From assembly GCA_902789665.1 (NCBI GenBank), contig CADAOY010000007.1, forward strand, positions 1,057 through 65,056: a DNA stretch of 64,000 bases, read 5' to 3'. Origin of the DNA: an uncultured Lachnospiraceae bacterium. Lineage in GTDB: Bacteria; Bacillota; Clostridia; Lachnospirales; Lachnospiraceae. Each line of letters opens with the position of its first letter. Within the stretch, counting starts at the first letter, position 1. Of the stretch, positions 25,411-35,273 are shown piece after piece. Below the pieces are notes generated by a model. It had not been told where the DNA came from. It did no database searches and saw only the letters and a program-made list of their open reading frames with translations. Position numbers and translations under genes: made by a program.

Positions 25411-28323
25411 ATGAAAGAATTAATGATTATGTATCATCCGGTTAAGAAAGAAGTTCGTTTCTTGGCTAAGGCTAAGGGTGAATTCCTGGAGATACCATAT
25501 GCTATGTGTCCATGGCTTAATCAGTACAGTCCTGAGAAGGGAGAATTTCTTCTTCAGAATCATGGCAACAAATTCTTTGAGGATATATGGGAGCAGTTCT
25601 TAAGAGATGACGTAAGTGTCACATTCAAGGGAACTAAAGTAGATTACGAAGATTTCGTAAAGAAGGTAGAAGAATATAACAAGAGCGTAAACGAGGAAAG
25701 ATTCAAGATCGATAATTTTATCGAGCTTCCTTGTGTAGCTGATATCTATACAGAGATAAGCGCATTCTGCGATGATACACTTTCTCTTTTCGAAAGAGAA
25801 TTACAGAATTCTGATATTAAGAAATCCTTTATTAAAAGAAAAAATGAGTTTGAGACAAAGAAACTTAAACTCAACAACAGCGATGTTAATATCTGTCTCG
25901 TTGGTACATATTCATCAGGTAAATCCACATTTATCAATGCTTTGATTGGTAAGAGAATTCTTCCTGAATGTATCAGTTCTGAAACAGCTAAGATGTTCAG
26001 AATTAAGAATGCCAAGGAGCCATCAGTTGCTTTCATCATTAAGAAGGGCAACTCAGAACAGGCTATCATCGCTAATATCGTTTGGGATAAGGATAATAAT
26101 AAATTCTCATTCCATGCTAACGGTCCATGTCCTGAGACTGAAGAGAAGGTTAACAGTGAGATTAACTCAGCTCTTATGTTCAGACTTCAGCAGCATGAAC
26201 AGTTATATGCAATCTTAAAGAAGTTAAATGACATCCCTAATGCAGGTGATGTTACAGATGATTCTGAATATATTGATGGTATTATTGAAGTTAACTTCCC
26301 AATTCCATTGGATGACAATATTAACTTCACATTCTATGATACACCTGGTACTGACAGTAATTCCAATGAACATCTTGTTGTTCTTAAGAAAGCACTTCAA
26401 CAGCAGACCAATTCTATCTTAATCGTGCTTTATGAGCCAACCAAGATGGAAGGTACCGGTAACAGTGTATTATATAACCTTATTAATACATCCAATGATT
26501 TGAAGGAAAGCGAAGGTCAGGTAACCATCGACCTTGCAAGATCACTTCATGTTATTAACCAGGCTGATACAAAGAGCCTTGCAGACCTTTCTTCTCTCAA
26601 GAATAAGAGAGTTGAGGTTACTCTTAAGGAAACAGATAAGATTTATAATGAAGAAGCTGAACATATTGATCTTTCAAAAGAGAGATTATTCTTCGTTTCT
26701 TCCAAGGCAGCATATATTTCAAAAGCTATCGGAAATAATATCGATAACGAAGATGAGAGAAGATGGCTTGCCAACCACAGAAATGAAATCAATAACGAGC
26801 CTGTTGAAGATCCATTTGGTAAGACAGAGCCAACCGGTGATGTTGATACAGGTATGTATTTCAAACTTGATAAGATGGCTAACTCTGACAATGAGACCAA
26901 GCAGCTTATTGCAGACAGCATGGAGGAGTTAAACAAACTTGCCAAGGAAGAGGGTTCAAGTATTTATCCTATTCTTCAGAGAATCTATGTTAACTCAGGT
27001 ATGTATGCCATTGAGTGTGAAATCGTTAAATATGCTCAGAAATATGCTTTGGCAGTTAAGGCTAAAGGTTTATATGACGGAATTAAGAACGTAGTAGATT
27101 TCATCCGTGAAGATTATGCAGCAATTGAGAATCAGGCAAGATTATCAAAAGAGCAGATCGAGCACAATATCACAATTATGAAGACCAACATGGTTAGGGA
27201 TATCGAGCAGTCATATGAAGAATATATCTCCAATATGACAACAGAGAATATGGTATTCCAGATTGATGATATTAACCAGCTTTATACTGTAATGGGTAAC
27301 AGACAGATTCAGGCTTCAAAGATTGCTGACAAGATGAAATGGATTGCACTTCGTCCTGAAGTATTCGAAGAGAAGAACTCAATTATTCGTGAAGAACTGA
27401 ACCGTTATTTACAGGAAATCGATGACAGCTACAAGAATAACCGTGGGCGTATTTTACAGCAGCAGATTGATGAACTTAAGGGAATCATCATCAAGAAGAT
27501 TACAGGATACAAGGGTATTGATGAAGAACTTATTCGTAGAATTGCCAATGTATCTGATACACAGATTCCACCATCAAGACTTAAAGCTCTTAAGATGGAT
27601 GATTACATGAAGCAGAAAGCTATCTTTGTATTCTCCATTAATGATAAGAAGTCATATAAGAACGACGTTGAAACAATGTTTGCTAATACAACAAAGATTC
27701 AGTTCGATTCTTATATTGCAGAAATCATTGAAGTAGCCAAGACCAAGTGTGCAGAGCTTGTTCAGGAGTTCAAGAATAATATTGATATTATTTCAAGTAA
27801 CTTAGAGCTTCTTATTAACGATGAGAAGAAGGCTAGCGAAGAGCAGGCTAAGGCTAAATCAGTTATTGAACTTGTAGATCAGAAAGACCTTGAACTTAAT
27901 AATAAGATTTGGGGTGAAGATAAGATTAAGAAGACTGAAGACATCCTTACAGGTGATGTAAGCGCTGTTCTTTCAGGTAGTGATAAGAAGGAAGAAGCAG
28001 AGGCTCCTGCAGTTCCTGAAACATCTGGTGAGGCTGAGAAGGCTGCTGAGAATGCAGAGGCTGAAAAGGCTGAGACAGTTAAGGCTGAGGCAACTGAGGC
28101 TGCTGATGCTGAAAAGGCCGTTGATGCTGAAAAGGCTGCAGAAGTTAAAGAGGAAGCTGCTGAAATTCAGAAACCTTCAGAAACTACTCCTGGATTTAAG
28201 CCAATAGAGGCTGAGGAGAAGAAAGAAGAGGTTAAGGAAGCGGTAGTTGAAGCGCCTGTAGAAGAGAAGAAACCTACTTTCAAGCCACTTGATCAGCAGG
28301 GATTAGGTAATCAGGATAACTAA
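25411..28323 (+). CDS. Dynamin-family GTPase with Ala/Glu-rich C-terminal tail
   Basis: G1 GTYSSGKST, G2 T in SSETAK, G3 DTPG, G4 NQAD; long helical stalk. Confidence 0.85.
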   Translation: MKELMIMYHPVKKEVRFLAKAKGEFLEIPYAMCPWLNQYSPEKGEFLLQNHGNKFFEDIWEQFLRDDVSVTFKGTKVDYEDFVKKVEEYNKSVNEERFKIDNFIELPCVADIYTEISAFCDDTLSLFERELQNSDIKKSFIKRKNEFETKKLKLNNSDVNICLVGTYSSGKSTFINALIGKRILPECISSETAKMFRIKNAKEPSVAFIIKKGNSEQAIIANIVWDKDNNKFSFHANGPCPETEEKVNSEINSALMFRLQQHEQLYAILKKLNDIPNAGDVTDDSEYIDGIIEVNFPIPLDDNINFTFYDTPGTDSNSNEHLVVLKKALQQQTNSILIVLYEPTKMEGTGNSVLYNLINTSNDLKESEGQVTIDLARSLHVINQADTKSLADLSSLKNKRVEVTLKETDKIYNEEAEHIDLSKERLFFVSSKAAYISKAIGNNIDNEDERRWLANHRNEINNEPVEDPFGKTEPTGDVDTGMYFKLDKMANSDNETKQLIADSMEELNKLAKEEGSSIYPILQRIYVNSGMYAIECEIVKYAQKYALAVKAKGLYDGIKNVVDFIREDYAAIENQARLSKEQIEHNITIMKTNMVRDIEQSYEEYISNMTTENMVFQIDDINQLYTVMGNRQIQASKIADKMKWIALRPEVFEEKNSIIREELNRYLQEIDDSYKNNRGRILQQQIDELKGIIIKKITGYKGIDEELIRRIANVSDTQIPPSRLKALKMDDYMKQKAIFVFSINDKKSYKNDVETMFANTTKIQFDSYIAEIIEVAKTKCAELVQEFKNNIDIISSNLELLINDEKKASEEQAKAKSVIELVDQKDLELNNKIWGEDKIKKTEDILTGDVSAVLSGSDKKEEAEAPAVPETSGEAEKAAENAEAEKAETVKAEATEAADAEKAVDAEKAAEVKEEAAEIQKPSETTPGFKPIEAEEKKEEVKEAVVEAPVEEKKPTFKPLDQQGLGNQDN

Positions 28324-28350
28324 TTAAATAGTAAATGAATTAAATATTAG

Positions 28351-28379
28351 AAAACCCTCCACGTTGGTGGAGGGTTTTT
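28351..28379 (+). terminator. Intrinsic terminator of the dynamin-like gene
   Basis: AAAACCCTCCAC-GTTG-GTGGAGGGTTTT-T. Confidence 0.85.
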
Positions 28380-28387
28380 GCGTTAGG

Positions 28388-28686
28388 AGATGCATTGGGG
28401 ACGGGGTAAAATGCATCCGGGCGATGCAGTGGTGGAGCGTGCTTTGCTTGAATGGGCGAATAGATGCATATGGGACGGGGTAAAGTGCATCCGGACGATG
28501 CAGTGGTGAGTGGGCTTTGCTTGAATGGGCGAAGGACGGGCACGGACAATACGAAGTATGGGAAATGGGGGAGTTGAACGCATGGAGCGGGCTGCGTCTG
28601 TGGGAGGCGAGGCTTGGTCGATGAGAAAGAAGAGGGAGCGGGAGATGCATTTTACCCCGTCCCCAATGGCACATCACCAATGCATC
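28388..28686. repeat. Composite REP/MITE-like element: two ~74-nt direct repeats plus an inverted 25-nt copy
   Basis: Units 28388-28461 and 28462-28533; 28393-28417 is the exact reverse complement of 28644-28668. Confidence 0.85.
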
Positions 28687-28690
28687 ATAA

Positions 28691-28724
28691 AGAAAAAGAC
28701 CTGCAGTAGCAGGTCTTTCTCTTT
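28691..28724 (-). terminator. Intrinsic terminator of PFOR
   Basis: AAAGACCTGC-AGTA-GCAGGTCTTT with A-run on the + strand 5' side. Confidence 0.8.
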
Positions 28725-28737
28725 AAAGTGGATGTTA

Positions 28738-31700
28738 TTATTTGTATAATTCAACCAATTTCTGTAAGTGGTCATATCTTGCCTTAGCAGCGTCCTCTGA
28801 TGCAGCGAATAACTTCTCTGCTCTTTCAGGGAATGGCTTGATAAGACGTGTATAACGAGCTTCGTTATTAAGGAACTCCTGATATGTACCATCACCTTCC
28901 TTAGATGTAAGAGTGAATGGATTCTGACCAGCTGCCTTCTTAGCAGGATCAAATGTGAAGAGGTTCCAGTAACCAGCCTTAACAGCTTTCTTCATTTCAT
29001 CCTGGCAGTGGTTCATACCACCCTTAGCGATACCGTGAAGTTCGCAAGGAGCGTAACCAATGATGAGTGAAGGACCGTTGTATGCTTCAGCCTCAGCGAT
29101 AGCCTTAACAGCCTGTGCCGGGTTAGCACCAAGTGCGATCTGAGCAACATATACATAACCGTAGCTCATAGCGATCTCTGCAAGAGACTTCTTGCTGATT
29201 TCCTTACCAGCTGCAGCGAACTGACAAACTTCACCGATATTAGAAGCCTTGGATGCCTGTCCACCAGTATTTGAATACATTTCTGTATCGAATACCATGA
29301 TGTTTACGTTCTCGCCAGAAGCGATTACGTGATCAAGACCACCAAATCCGATATCGTATGCCCATCCGTCACCACCGAAGATCCAAACAGATTTCTTTGA
29401 TAAGTAATCTTTCTTAGCAAGAACTTCTTTAGCAAGAGCATTATCTGATTTCTCAAGTTCTGCAATAAGCTTCTCAGCGTCAGCTGCGTTAGCCTTTGTG
29501 TCATCCTTTGTAGCAAGGAATGCATCAATAGCACCAGCAAGTTCAGCTGAAGCAGAACCCTTGAGTTCTTCTAACTTAGCGATTGCCTGGTCTCTGATAA
29601 CTTTCTGTCCTAAATACATACCGAAGCCGTGCTCAGCATTATCTTCGAACAATGAGTTAGACCATGCAGGACCCTTCTTGGAATCCTTGTTAACAGTATA
29701 TGGTGATGTAGCTGCAGGGCCACCCCAGATAGAAGAGCATCCTGTTGCATTTGAGATATACATATGCTCACCAAATAACTGTGTGATTAATCTAGCATAA
29801 GATGTTTCTGCACAACCTGCACATGATCCTGAGAACTCAAGAAGTGGCTGATTGTACTGTGAATTGATAGGTGTAATACCCTTATCAAGAGCAGGCTTTA
29901 ATTCCTTGCGGCCTACGTTAGCAACTAAGTAATCGAATACTGGCTGCTCAGCTGCCTGTGATTCCTGAGGAACCATCTTAAGAGCTTCATTAGGCTTAGG
30001 ACAAACAGTAACACATTCGCCACATCCCATACAATCAAGTGGTGATACAGTCATTGTATACTTCATTGTTGCATCATTAGCATGCTTTGAATCTGCAAGT
30101 TTGATATTTGAAGGAGCTGCCTTAACTTCTTCATCTGAAAGAATGAATGGACGGATAGTAGCATGTGAACATACGAATGCACAGCTGTTACACTGAGCAC
30201 ATGCTTCAGGGTTCCATTCAGGAACCATAACTGCAGTTCCTCTCTTCTCGTAAGCAGAAGCACCTGTTTCGAACTGACCATCTGCGATATCCTTGAATGC
30301 AGATACTGGTAAGCTGTAACCATCCATTAAGCCGATAGGATCAAGAAGCTTGTTAACCATATCAACTGTAGCAGGTCTTCCTTCTCTCTTGATTTCTTTC
30401 TTTTCTTCTGTAGCATTAGCCCAATCAGCAGGAACTTCTACTTTGTGAATAGCATCTACACCGGCATCAATTGCCTTGTAGTTCATTTCAACAACAGCGT
30501 CACCCTTCTTGGAGTATGACTTCTTAGCTGCCTGCTTCATGTAATCAACAGCTTCCTCGATTGGCATAACGTTAGCAAGTTTGAAGAATGCTGACTGTAA
30601 GATAGTATTTGTTCTCTTACCCATACCAATTTCGATAGCCTTGTCAATAGCGTTAATTGTATATAACTGAATGTTGTTCTTAGCGATATACTGCTTAGCT
30701 TCAGCTGGCATATGCTGATTAAGTTCTTCATCAGACCACTGGCAGTTAATCATGAAGATTCCGCCTGGCTTAACATCCTGAACCATCTTGTAGCCTTTAA
30801 CAACATAAGATGGGTTATGGCATGCTACGAAGTCAGCCTGATTGATGTAGTATGGGCTCTTGATTGGCTTGTCACCAAAACGAAGATGGGAGATAGTGAT
30901 ACCACCTGTCTTCTTAGAGTCATACTGGAAGTATGCCTGGATATATTTGTCTGTGTGGTCACCAATAATCTTTGTAGAGTTCTTGTTAGCACCAACAGTA
31001 CCGTCACCACCCAAGCCCCAGAACTTGCACTCTACTGTACCCTTAGCGGATGTAATAGGAGCTGGCTTAACTTCTGGTAAGCTTAAGTTTGTAACGTCAT
31101 CAACGATACCGATTGTAAATCTCTTCTTAGGAGCATCTTTCTCAAGTTCTGTATAAATAGCGAAGATAGATGAAGGACATGTATCCTTGCTACCTAAACC
31201 GTAACGACCTGCTGAAACGAGGATGTCATTAAGTCCTGCTTCACGAAGAGTAGTAGCGATATCAAGGTATAATGGCTCACCAAGTGAACCTGGCTCTTTA
31301 GTTCTGTCTAATACAGCAATCTTCTTAACTGTCTTAGGAAGAACTTTAAGGAATGCGTTAGAAACCCATGGACGATATAATCTTACTTTAATAAGACCAA
31401 CCTTCTGACCTGCAGCTGTTAAGTAATCAATTACTTCTTCAGCTACGTCACATACAGAACCCATGGCAACGATTACTCTGTCTGCATCAGCAGCGCCATA
31501 GTAATTGAAGAGGTCATAATCTGTACCGAGCTTCTCGTTAATCTTCTTCATGTATTTCTCTACAACAGCTGGAAGAGCATCGTAAACTGAGTTACAAGCT
31601 TCTCTGTGCTGGAAGAATACGTCATCATTTTCATGTGAGCCTCTCATTGCTGGATGCTCTGGATTAAGTGCATGCTGTCTGAATGCTTCAACTGCATCCA

Positions 31701-32289
31701 TGTTGCACATTTCTTTAAGGTCTTCATAGTCCCATAATTCGATCTTCTGGATCTCATGAGATGTACGGAAACCATCGAAGAAGTTAAGGAATGGAACCTT
31801 TCCTTCAATAGCTGCAAGGTGAGCAACAGGGCTTAAGTCCATAACTTCCTGTGGATTGGACTCAGCGAGCATAGCGAAACCTGTCTGACGGCAAGCGTAT
31901 ACGTCACTGTGATCACCAAAGATATTAAGTGACTGTGTAGCAACGCATCTTGCGGATACATCGAATACACAAGGTAATTGTTCAGCAGCAATCTTGTACA
32001 TGTTAGGGATCATAAGAAGAAGACCCTGAGATGCTGTGAATGTTGTTGTGATAGCACCAGCTGCAAGAGAACCATGAACGGTACCAGCTGCGCCAGCTTC
32101 TGATTGCATTTCGGTTACCTTAACTGTGTTACCGAAAATGTTTTTTCTACCTTCTGCAGACCACTGGTCAACATAGTCGGCCATAGGGCTTGAAGGTGTG
32201 ATAGGATAGATACCTGCAACTTCTGTGAAAGCATAAGCTACATGAGCTGCGGCGGTATTACCATCCATTGACTGTTTGATTCTAGCCAT
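28738..32289 (-). CDS. nifJ: Pyruvate:ferredoxin (flavodoxin) oxidoreductase, homodimeric type
   Basis: MDGNTAAA, YPITPSS, QSEAGAAG, GLGGDGTVGANK, two CxxCxxC-CP, FSGSCAGCAET, GGDGWAYDIG; start ATG 32289 behind AAAGGAGG. Confidence 0.97.
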   Translation of the reverse strand: MARIKQSMDGNTAAAHVAYAFTEVAGIYPITPSSPMADYVDQWSAEGRKNIFGNTVKVTEMQSEAGAAGTVHGSLAAGAITTTFTASQGLLLMIPNMYKIAAEQLPCVFDVSARCVATQSLNIFGDHSDVYACRQTGFAMLAESNPQEVMDLSPVAHLAAIEGKVPFLNFFDGFRTSHEIQKIELWDYEDLKEMCNMDAVEAFRQHALNPEHPAMRGSHENDDVFFQHREACNSVYDALPAVVEKYMKKINEKLGTDYDLFNYYGAADADRVIVAMGSVCDVAEEVIDYLTAAGQKVGLIKVRLYRPWVSNAFLKVLPKTVKKIAVLDRTKEPGSLGEPLYLDIATTLREAGLNDILVSAGRYGLGSKDTCPSSIFAIYTELEKDAPKKRFTIGIVDDVTNLSLPEVKPAPITSAKGTVECKFWGLGGDGTVGANKNSTKIIGDHTDKYIQAYFQYDSKKTGGITISHLRFGDKPIKSPYYINQADFVACHNPSYVVKGYKMVQDVKPGGIFMINCQWSDEELNQHMPAEAKQYIAKNNIQLYTINAIDKAIEIGMGKRTNTILQSAFFKLANVMPIEEAVDYMKQAAKKSYSKKGDAVVEMNYKAIDAGVDAIHKVEVPADWANATEEKKEIKREGRPATVDMVNKLLDPIGLMDGYSLPVSAFKDIADGQFETGASAYEKRGTAVMVPEWNPEACAQCNSCAFVCSHATIRPFILSDEEVKAAPSNIKLADSKHANDATMKYTMTVSPLDCMGCGECVTVCPKPNEALKMVPQESQAAEQPVFDYLVANVGRKELKPALDKGITPINSQYNQPLLEFSGSCAGCAETSYARLITQLFGEHMYISNATGCSSIWGGPAATSPYTVNKDSKKGPAWSNSLFEDNAEHGFGMYLGQKVIRDQAIAKLEELKGSASAELAGAIDAFLATKDDTKANAADAEKLIAELEKSDNALAKEVLAKKDYLSKKSVWIFGGDGWAYDIGFGGLDHVIASGENVNIMVFDTEMYSNTGGQASKASNIGEVCQFAAAGKEISKKSLAEIAMSYGYVYVAQIALGANPAQAVKAIAEAEAYNGPSLIIGYAPCELHGIAKGGMNHCQDEMKKAVKAGYWNLFTFDPAKKAAGQNPFTLTSKEGDGTYQEFLNNEARYTRLIKPFPERAEKLFAASEDAAKARYDHLQKLVELYK

Positions 32290-32344
32290 ATTAGTAACAT
32301 CCTCCTTTAATTTTGGGCGCAAAAAAAGCGCCTGACTATTTAAA

Positions 32345-32373
32345 ATTATAATATGAAAGGGGGTTTTTGTAAA
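32345..32373 (-). promoter_or_regulatory. Sigma-A promoter of PFOR
   Basis: Minus strand TTTACA-17 bp-TATAAT; the -35 lies in the loop of a 9-bp inverted repeat (GGGGGTTTT 32359-32367 / AAAACCCCC 32378-32386). Confidence 0.7.
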
Positions 32374-32407
32374 CACCAAAACCCCCATAGTTTCCTTAAT
32401 TATATGT

Positions 32408-32437
32408 AAAATATAACCCACTAATTTAGTGGGTTAT
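32408..32437 (-). terminator. Intrinsic terminator of the hydrogenase-regulatory operon
   Basis: ATAACCCACTA-ATT-TAGTGGGTTAT directly after the PHP stop; TTTT on the minus strand. Confidence 0.75.
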
Positions 32438-33177
32438 TAAGCATTAAAATATAGTTTATGTTCATTTCCTGTAAGCGCTTGCAAAATCGCCGCCACCGAA
32501 TTCTCCTCAGCCTCAATCACATTGACTGCCTCATGTATCAGCCACAGATAGTGCGCATCCGAATCATTGATGGCATTGCATTCTTTAAGATAAGGATTGA
32601 TTTTGTACATTTGTTCAAGATTGTCCTTATTAGCAATCTCAAAACATGTGAACCTGGAACCTTCCGGAACGAAGCCAAGCTGAGATGTGACAGAATCAGA
32701 AGGCTTATCTATATGAGCCGGAATCATAATTCCATTAAAAGAGTGCACCAGGTCATAACTTTCAGTAAAAGATATATCCGTAGCCGCCAATAGGAGGTGA
32801 TCCACAGTTCCAATCTGCTCATCTTTTTCATTCATGATAATCTGGTCGCCGAATCTTAAAGTATCATTCGGAATAGGTAACTGATGCTCCTCAACATAGG
32901 CATCAAATCTCATTGCATCTTCTAATGTATAAAAAAGACAAACCACATGAACTTCTTCAGAGGTGGTAAGTTCCATCCCAGGAATTACCGTAATTCCATA
33001 CTCGGCTGCAATTTTAGTGACAGCGGGGCAGTTTTTGCACGTGTTGTGATCAGTAAGTGCAATAACATTTAACTCTTTTAAAGCGCACATTCCCACAATG
33101 TTCCCGGGCGTGTTGTCATTATCGCCGCAGGGCGAGAGGCAGGAGTGCATATGTAAATCATAATAGAATTTACTCAT
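32437..33177 (-). CDS. PHP-domain metal-dependent phosphoesterase
   Basis: DLHMHS, ALTDHN, PGMELTTSEEVH, PAHID, SDAH. Confidence 0.9.
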   Translation of the reverse strand: MSKFYYDLHMHSCLSPCGDNDNTPGNIVGMCALKELNVIALTDHNTCKNCPAVTKIAAEYGITVIPGMELTTSEEVHVVCLFYTLEDAMRFDAYVEEHQLPIPNDTLRFGDQIIMNEKDEQIGTVDHLLLAATDISFTESYDLVHSFNGIMIPAHIDKPSDSVTSQLGFVPEGSRFTCFEIANKDNLEQMYKINPYLKECNAINDSDAHYLWLIHEAVNVIEAEENSVAAILQALTGNEHKLYFNA

Positions 33178-33183
33178 TATGTC

Positions 33184-33513
33184 TTACCTTAAAGAATCAA
33201 TTAATTTTGCTGCATCATAAATAGGAAGTTCTGTGGTGAATACAGCCACATCTTCGGAAGCCGCCTTGGCCTTAAGGGTATCGTCCATGGTTACGCCTTC
33301 AGCCAGCACGATGCAGGATACATCAGTTAAAGTTGCAACTGCAAGAGTGTTGACATTACTCATAACTGTAACCCAGCATGAGCCTGAAGGAGCCTTGCCC
33401 ATTGCGATTGACAAAAGGTCGCAGCAGAAGAGTTTGTCAACATCCTTATCAAGTGATACTGATGGTGTCAAAAGTGTAAAATTCCCGTCTTTACTAATAT
33501 CAGATACTTTCAT
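33184..33513 (-). CDS. DRTGG-domain protein
   Basis: CCDLLSIAM..WVTVMSNVNTLAVA..IVLAEG..TELPIYD pattern. Confidence 0.8.
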   Translation of the reverse strand: MKVSDISKDGNFTLLTPSVSLDKDVDKLFCCDLLSIAMGKAPSGSCWVTVMSNVNTLAVATLTDVSCIVLAEGVTMDDTLKAKAASEDVAVFTTELPIYDAAKLIDSLR

Positions 33514-33532
33514 TTATCCAAACCTCCAAAAT

Positions 33533-34831
33533 TTAATCGCCGCTGATGATGGAAATATCATCAGATAATTTATTGATGTATTCTCTTAAAATATGTATAC
33601 AGTCTCGTTTCTTTGCAACGCCTCTTACGATGTCTTCAGCAAGGGCCTTACAGGTAGGAGCGCCGCAACAACCACAGTCAAGACCCGGGAACTCTTCGCA
33701 AAGGGCATCAATCTGTGCCATCTTCGCCATGCTTTCCTTAAGATTGTCTGCAAGTTCAAATACAGGCTCATATTCAACGTCGCTGGTCCAGGTTGTCTTA
33801 TCGTCATCAACCTCATCGTGCGGAGCAGTAACAGGAAGATATTTCCTGATATGCTGTAATTTGGCCTTGGCAGCAAAAGGATTCTCGACTGTCATTACGC
33901 CGCCTACGCAGCCGCCGTTACAAGCATTAAGTTCTATAAATTCCAAATCCTTATTGAACTTGTCATCCTCTAAATCTTCCAAAACAGAAATGACATTGCC
34001 GATACCATCAGCTGCCACATAGGAATCGGAGAGAAGGCCTGCAGCCTCGCCGCCGGTGATACCCCAGGAGATGCCGATTTTGCCAGATCTTACAAGGTCT
34101 TCAGGATTAGCGGCAACCTCTGTCATTGCACTGATTAAGGCAGGATAGATATCCTTGATTGCAAGAACATGGTCGATGTCGCTCTTTTCATATCCTATAG
34201 GATTCTTCGCAGCCGTAACCTTGGATGGACAAGGAGATAAGAAGAAAATACCTATTTCCTCGCTCTTTAATCCGGTCTCATCCATTGCAATCTGTCTTGC
34301 AAGCTTTGCCGCGAGTTCAGCCGGCGTAATAAGTGGAAGAAGATTATCCACAAGATTAGGAAATCTCACCTGCACAAGCCTTACAACAGTAGGACATGCG
34401 GTACTTATGACAGGCCACTTGTCACGGTTTTCGGCAATATATTCTCTTGATTTCTCGGAAATGATTTCTGCCGCTGCAGATACTTCGAATACATCATCAA
34501 AACCAAGTTTCTTAATGCCGGTAAGAATGATATTTACATCATCAAGATGATTAACCTGGGCATAAAGAGACGGAGCCGGAAGAGCAACTGTATACTTATA
34601 CTGCTTGATCGCATCAATAAAATCTCTTTTGGCTTTCTTGGCATGATGAGGGCAGATTCTGATACACTCACCACAATCAATACATTTGTTTTTTGTTATA
34701 ACCGCTTTGTTGTTTCTTACTCTGATTGCCTGGGTAGGACAGTGCTTGATGCAGTTGGTACAGCCCTTGCACTGATTCTCCAGAAGGTAAACAGAGTTAT
34801 CATATGAATTATCCAAAATTGTAACCCCCAA
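33533..34831 (-). CDS. Atypical (putative sensory, group D/C-like) [FeFe]-hydrogenase
   Basis: N-terminal 2x[4Fe-4S]; H-cluster motifs STACP, SPCPSK, ELNACNGGCVGG; C-terminal PGLDCGCCGAPTC FeS motif. Confidence 0.85.
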   Translation of the reverse strand: MGVTILDNSYDNSVYLLENQCKGCTNCIKHCPTQAIRVRNNKAVITKNKCIDCGECIRICPHHAKKAKRDFIDAIKQYKYTVALPAPSLYAQVNHLDDVNIILTGIKKLGFDDVFEVSAAAEIISEKSREYIAENRDKWPVISTACPTVVRLVQVRFPNLVDNLLPLITPAELAAKLARQIAMDETGLKSEEIGIFFLSPCPSKVTAAKNPIGYEKSDIDHVLAIKDIYPALISAMTEVAANPEDLVRSGKIGISWGITGGEAAGLLSDSYVAADGIGNVISVLEDLEDDKFNKDLEFIELNACNGGCVGGVMTVENPFAAKAKLQHIRKYLPVTAPHDEVDDDKTTWTSDVEYEPVFELADNLKESMAKMAQIDALCEEFPGLDCGCCGAPTCKALAEDIVRGVAKKRDCIHILREYINKLSDDISIISGD

Positions 34832-34850
34832 TAAAGATAATTAGTATGTT

Positions 34851-35273
34851 TTATAAATTGATAGTCATTACAACTGTAGTTCCAACACCAATCTCAGTTG
34901 AAATATCGATGGTGTCAGAATTCTTCTTCATATTAGGAAGACCCATACCTGCGCCAAATCCCAGATTACGCACATTGTCAGGAGCAGTAGAGAAGCCGGC
35001 CTGCATAGCCTTGTCGATATCAGGAATGCCTGGACCTCTGTCTGCCAGGGTCATTGTGATTTGTTCCTCACTGATTGTAACGGTAATCTCGCCGCCATAT
35101 GCATGAATAACCATGTTGATCTCACCTTCATAAAGGGCGATGGCAACTCTTCTTATTACATCAGGTGATACCCCGAGCTGCTTGAGTTTCTTCTTAACAT
35201 CAGAAGAAGCTTCCCCCGCTCTGGTAAAATCCTCGTTGCTTACTTGATATTTTAATTCCATAAGATTAGGCAT
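34851..35273 (-). CDS. RsbT-like anti-sigma-factor-type Ser/Thr kinase (HATPase_c)
   Basis: EGEINMVIHA (N box), DRGPGIPDI (G1), GFST, GFGAGMGLP (G2); no H-box. Confidence 0.85.
   Translation of the reverse strand: MPNLMELKYQVSNEDFTRAGEASSDVKKKLKQLGVSPDVIRRVAIALYEGEINMVIHAYGGEITVTISEEQITMTLADRGPGIPDIDKAMQAGFSTAPDNVRNLGFGAGMGLPNMKKNSDTIDISTEIGVGTTVVMTINL

Noticed and set aside
28324-28749. ORFs on both strands across the composite repeat, or a CRISPR/TIGR-like array
   Set aside because: Units are near-identical tandem copies without unique spacers, there is no adjacent effector gene, and the ORFs cross terminators.
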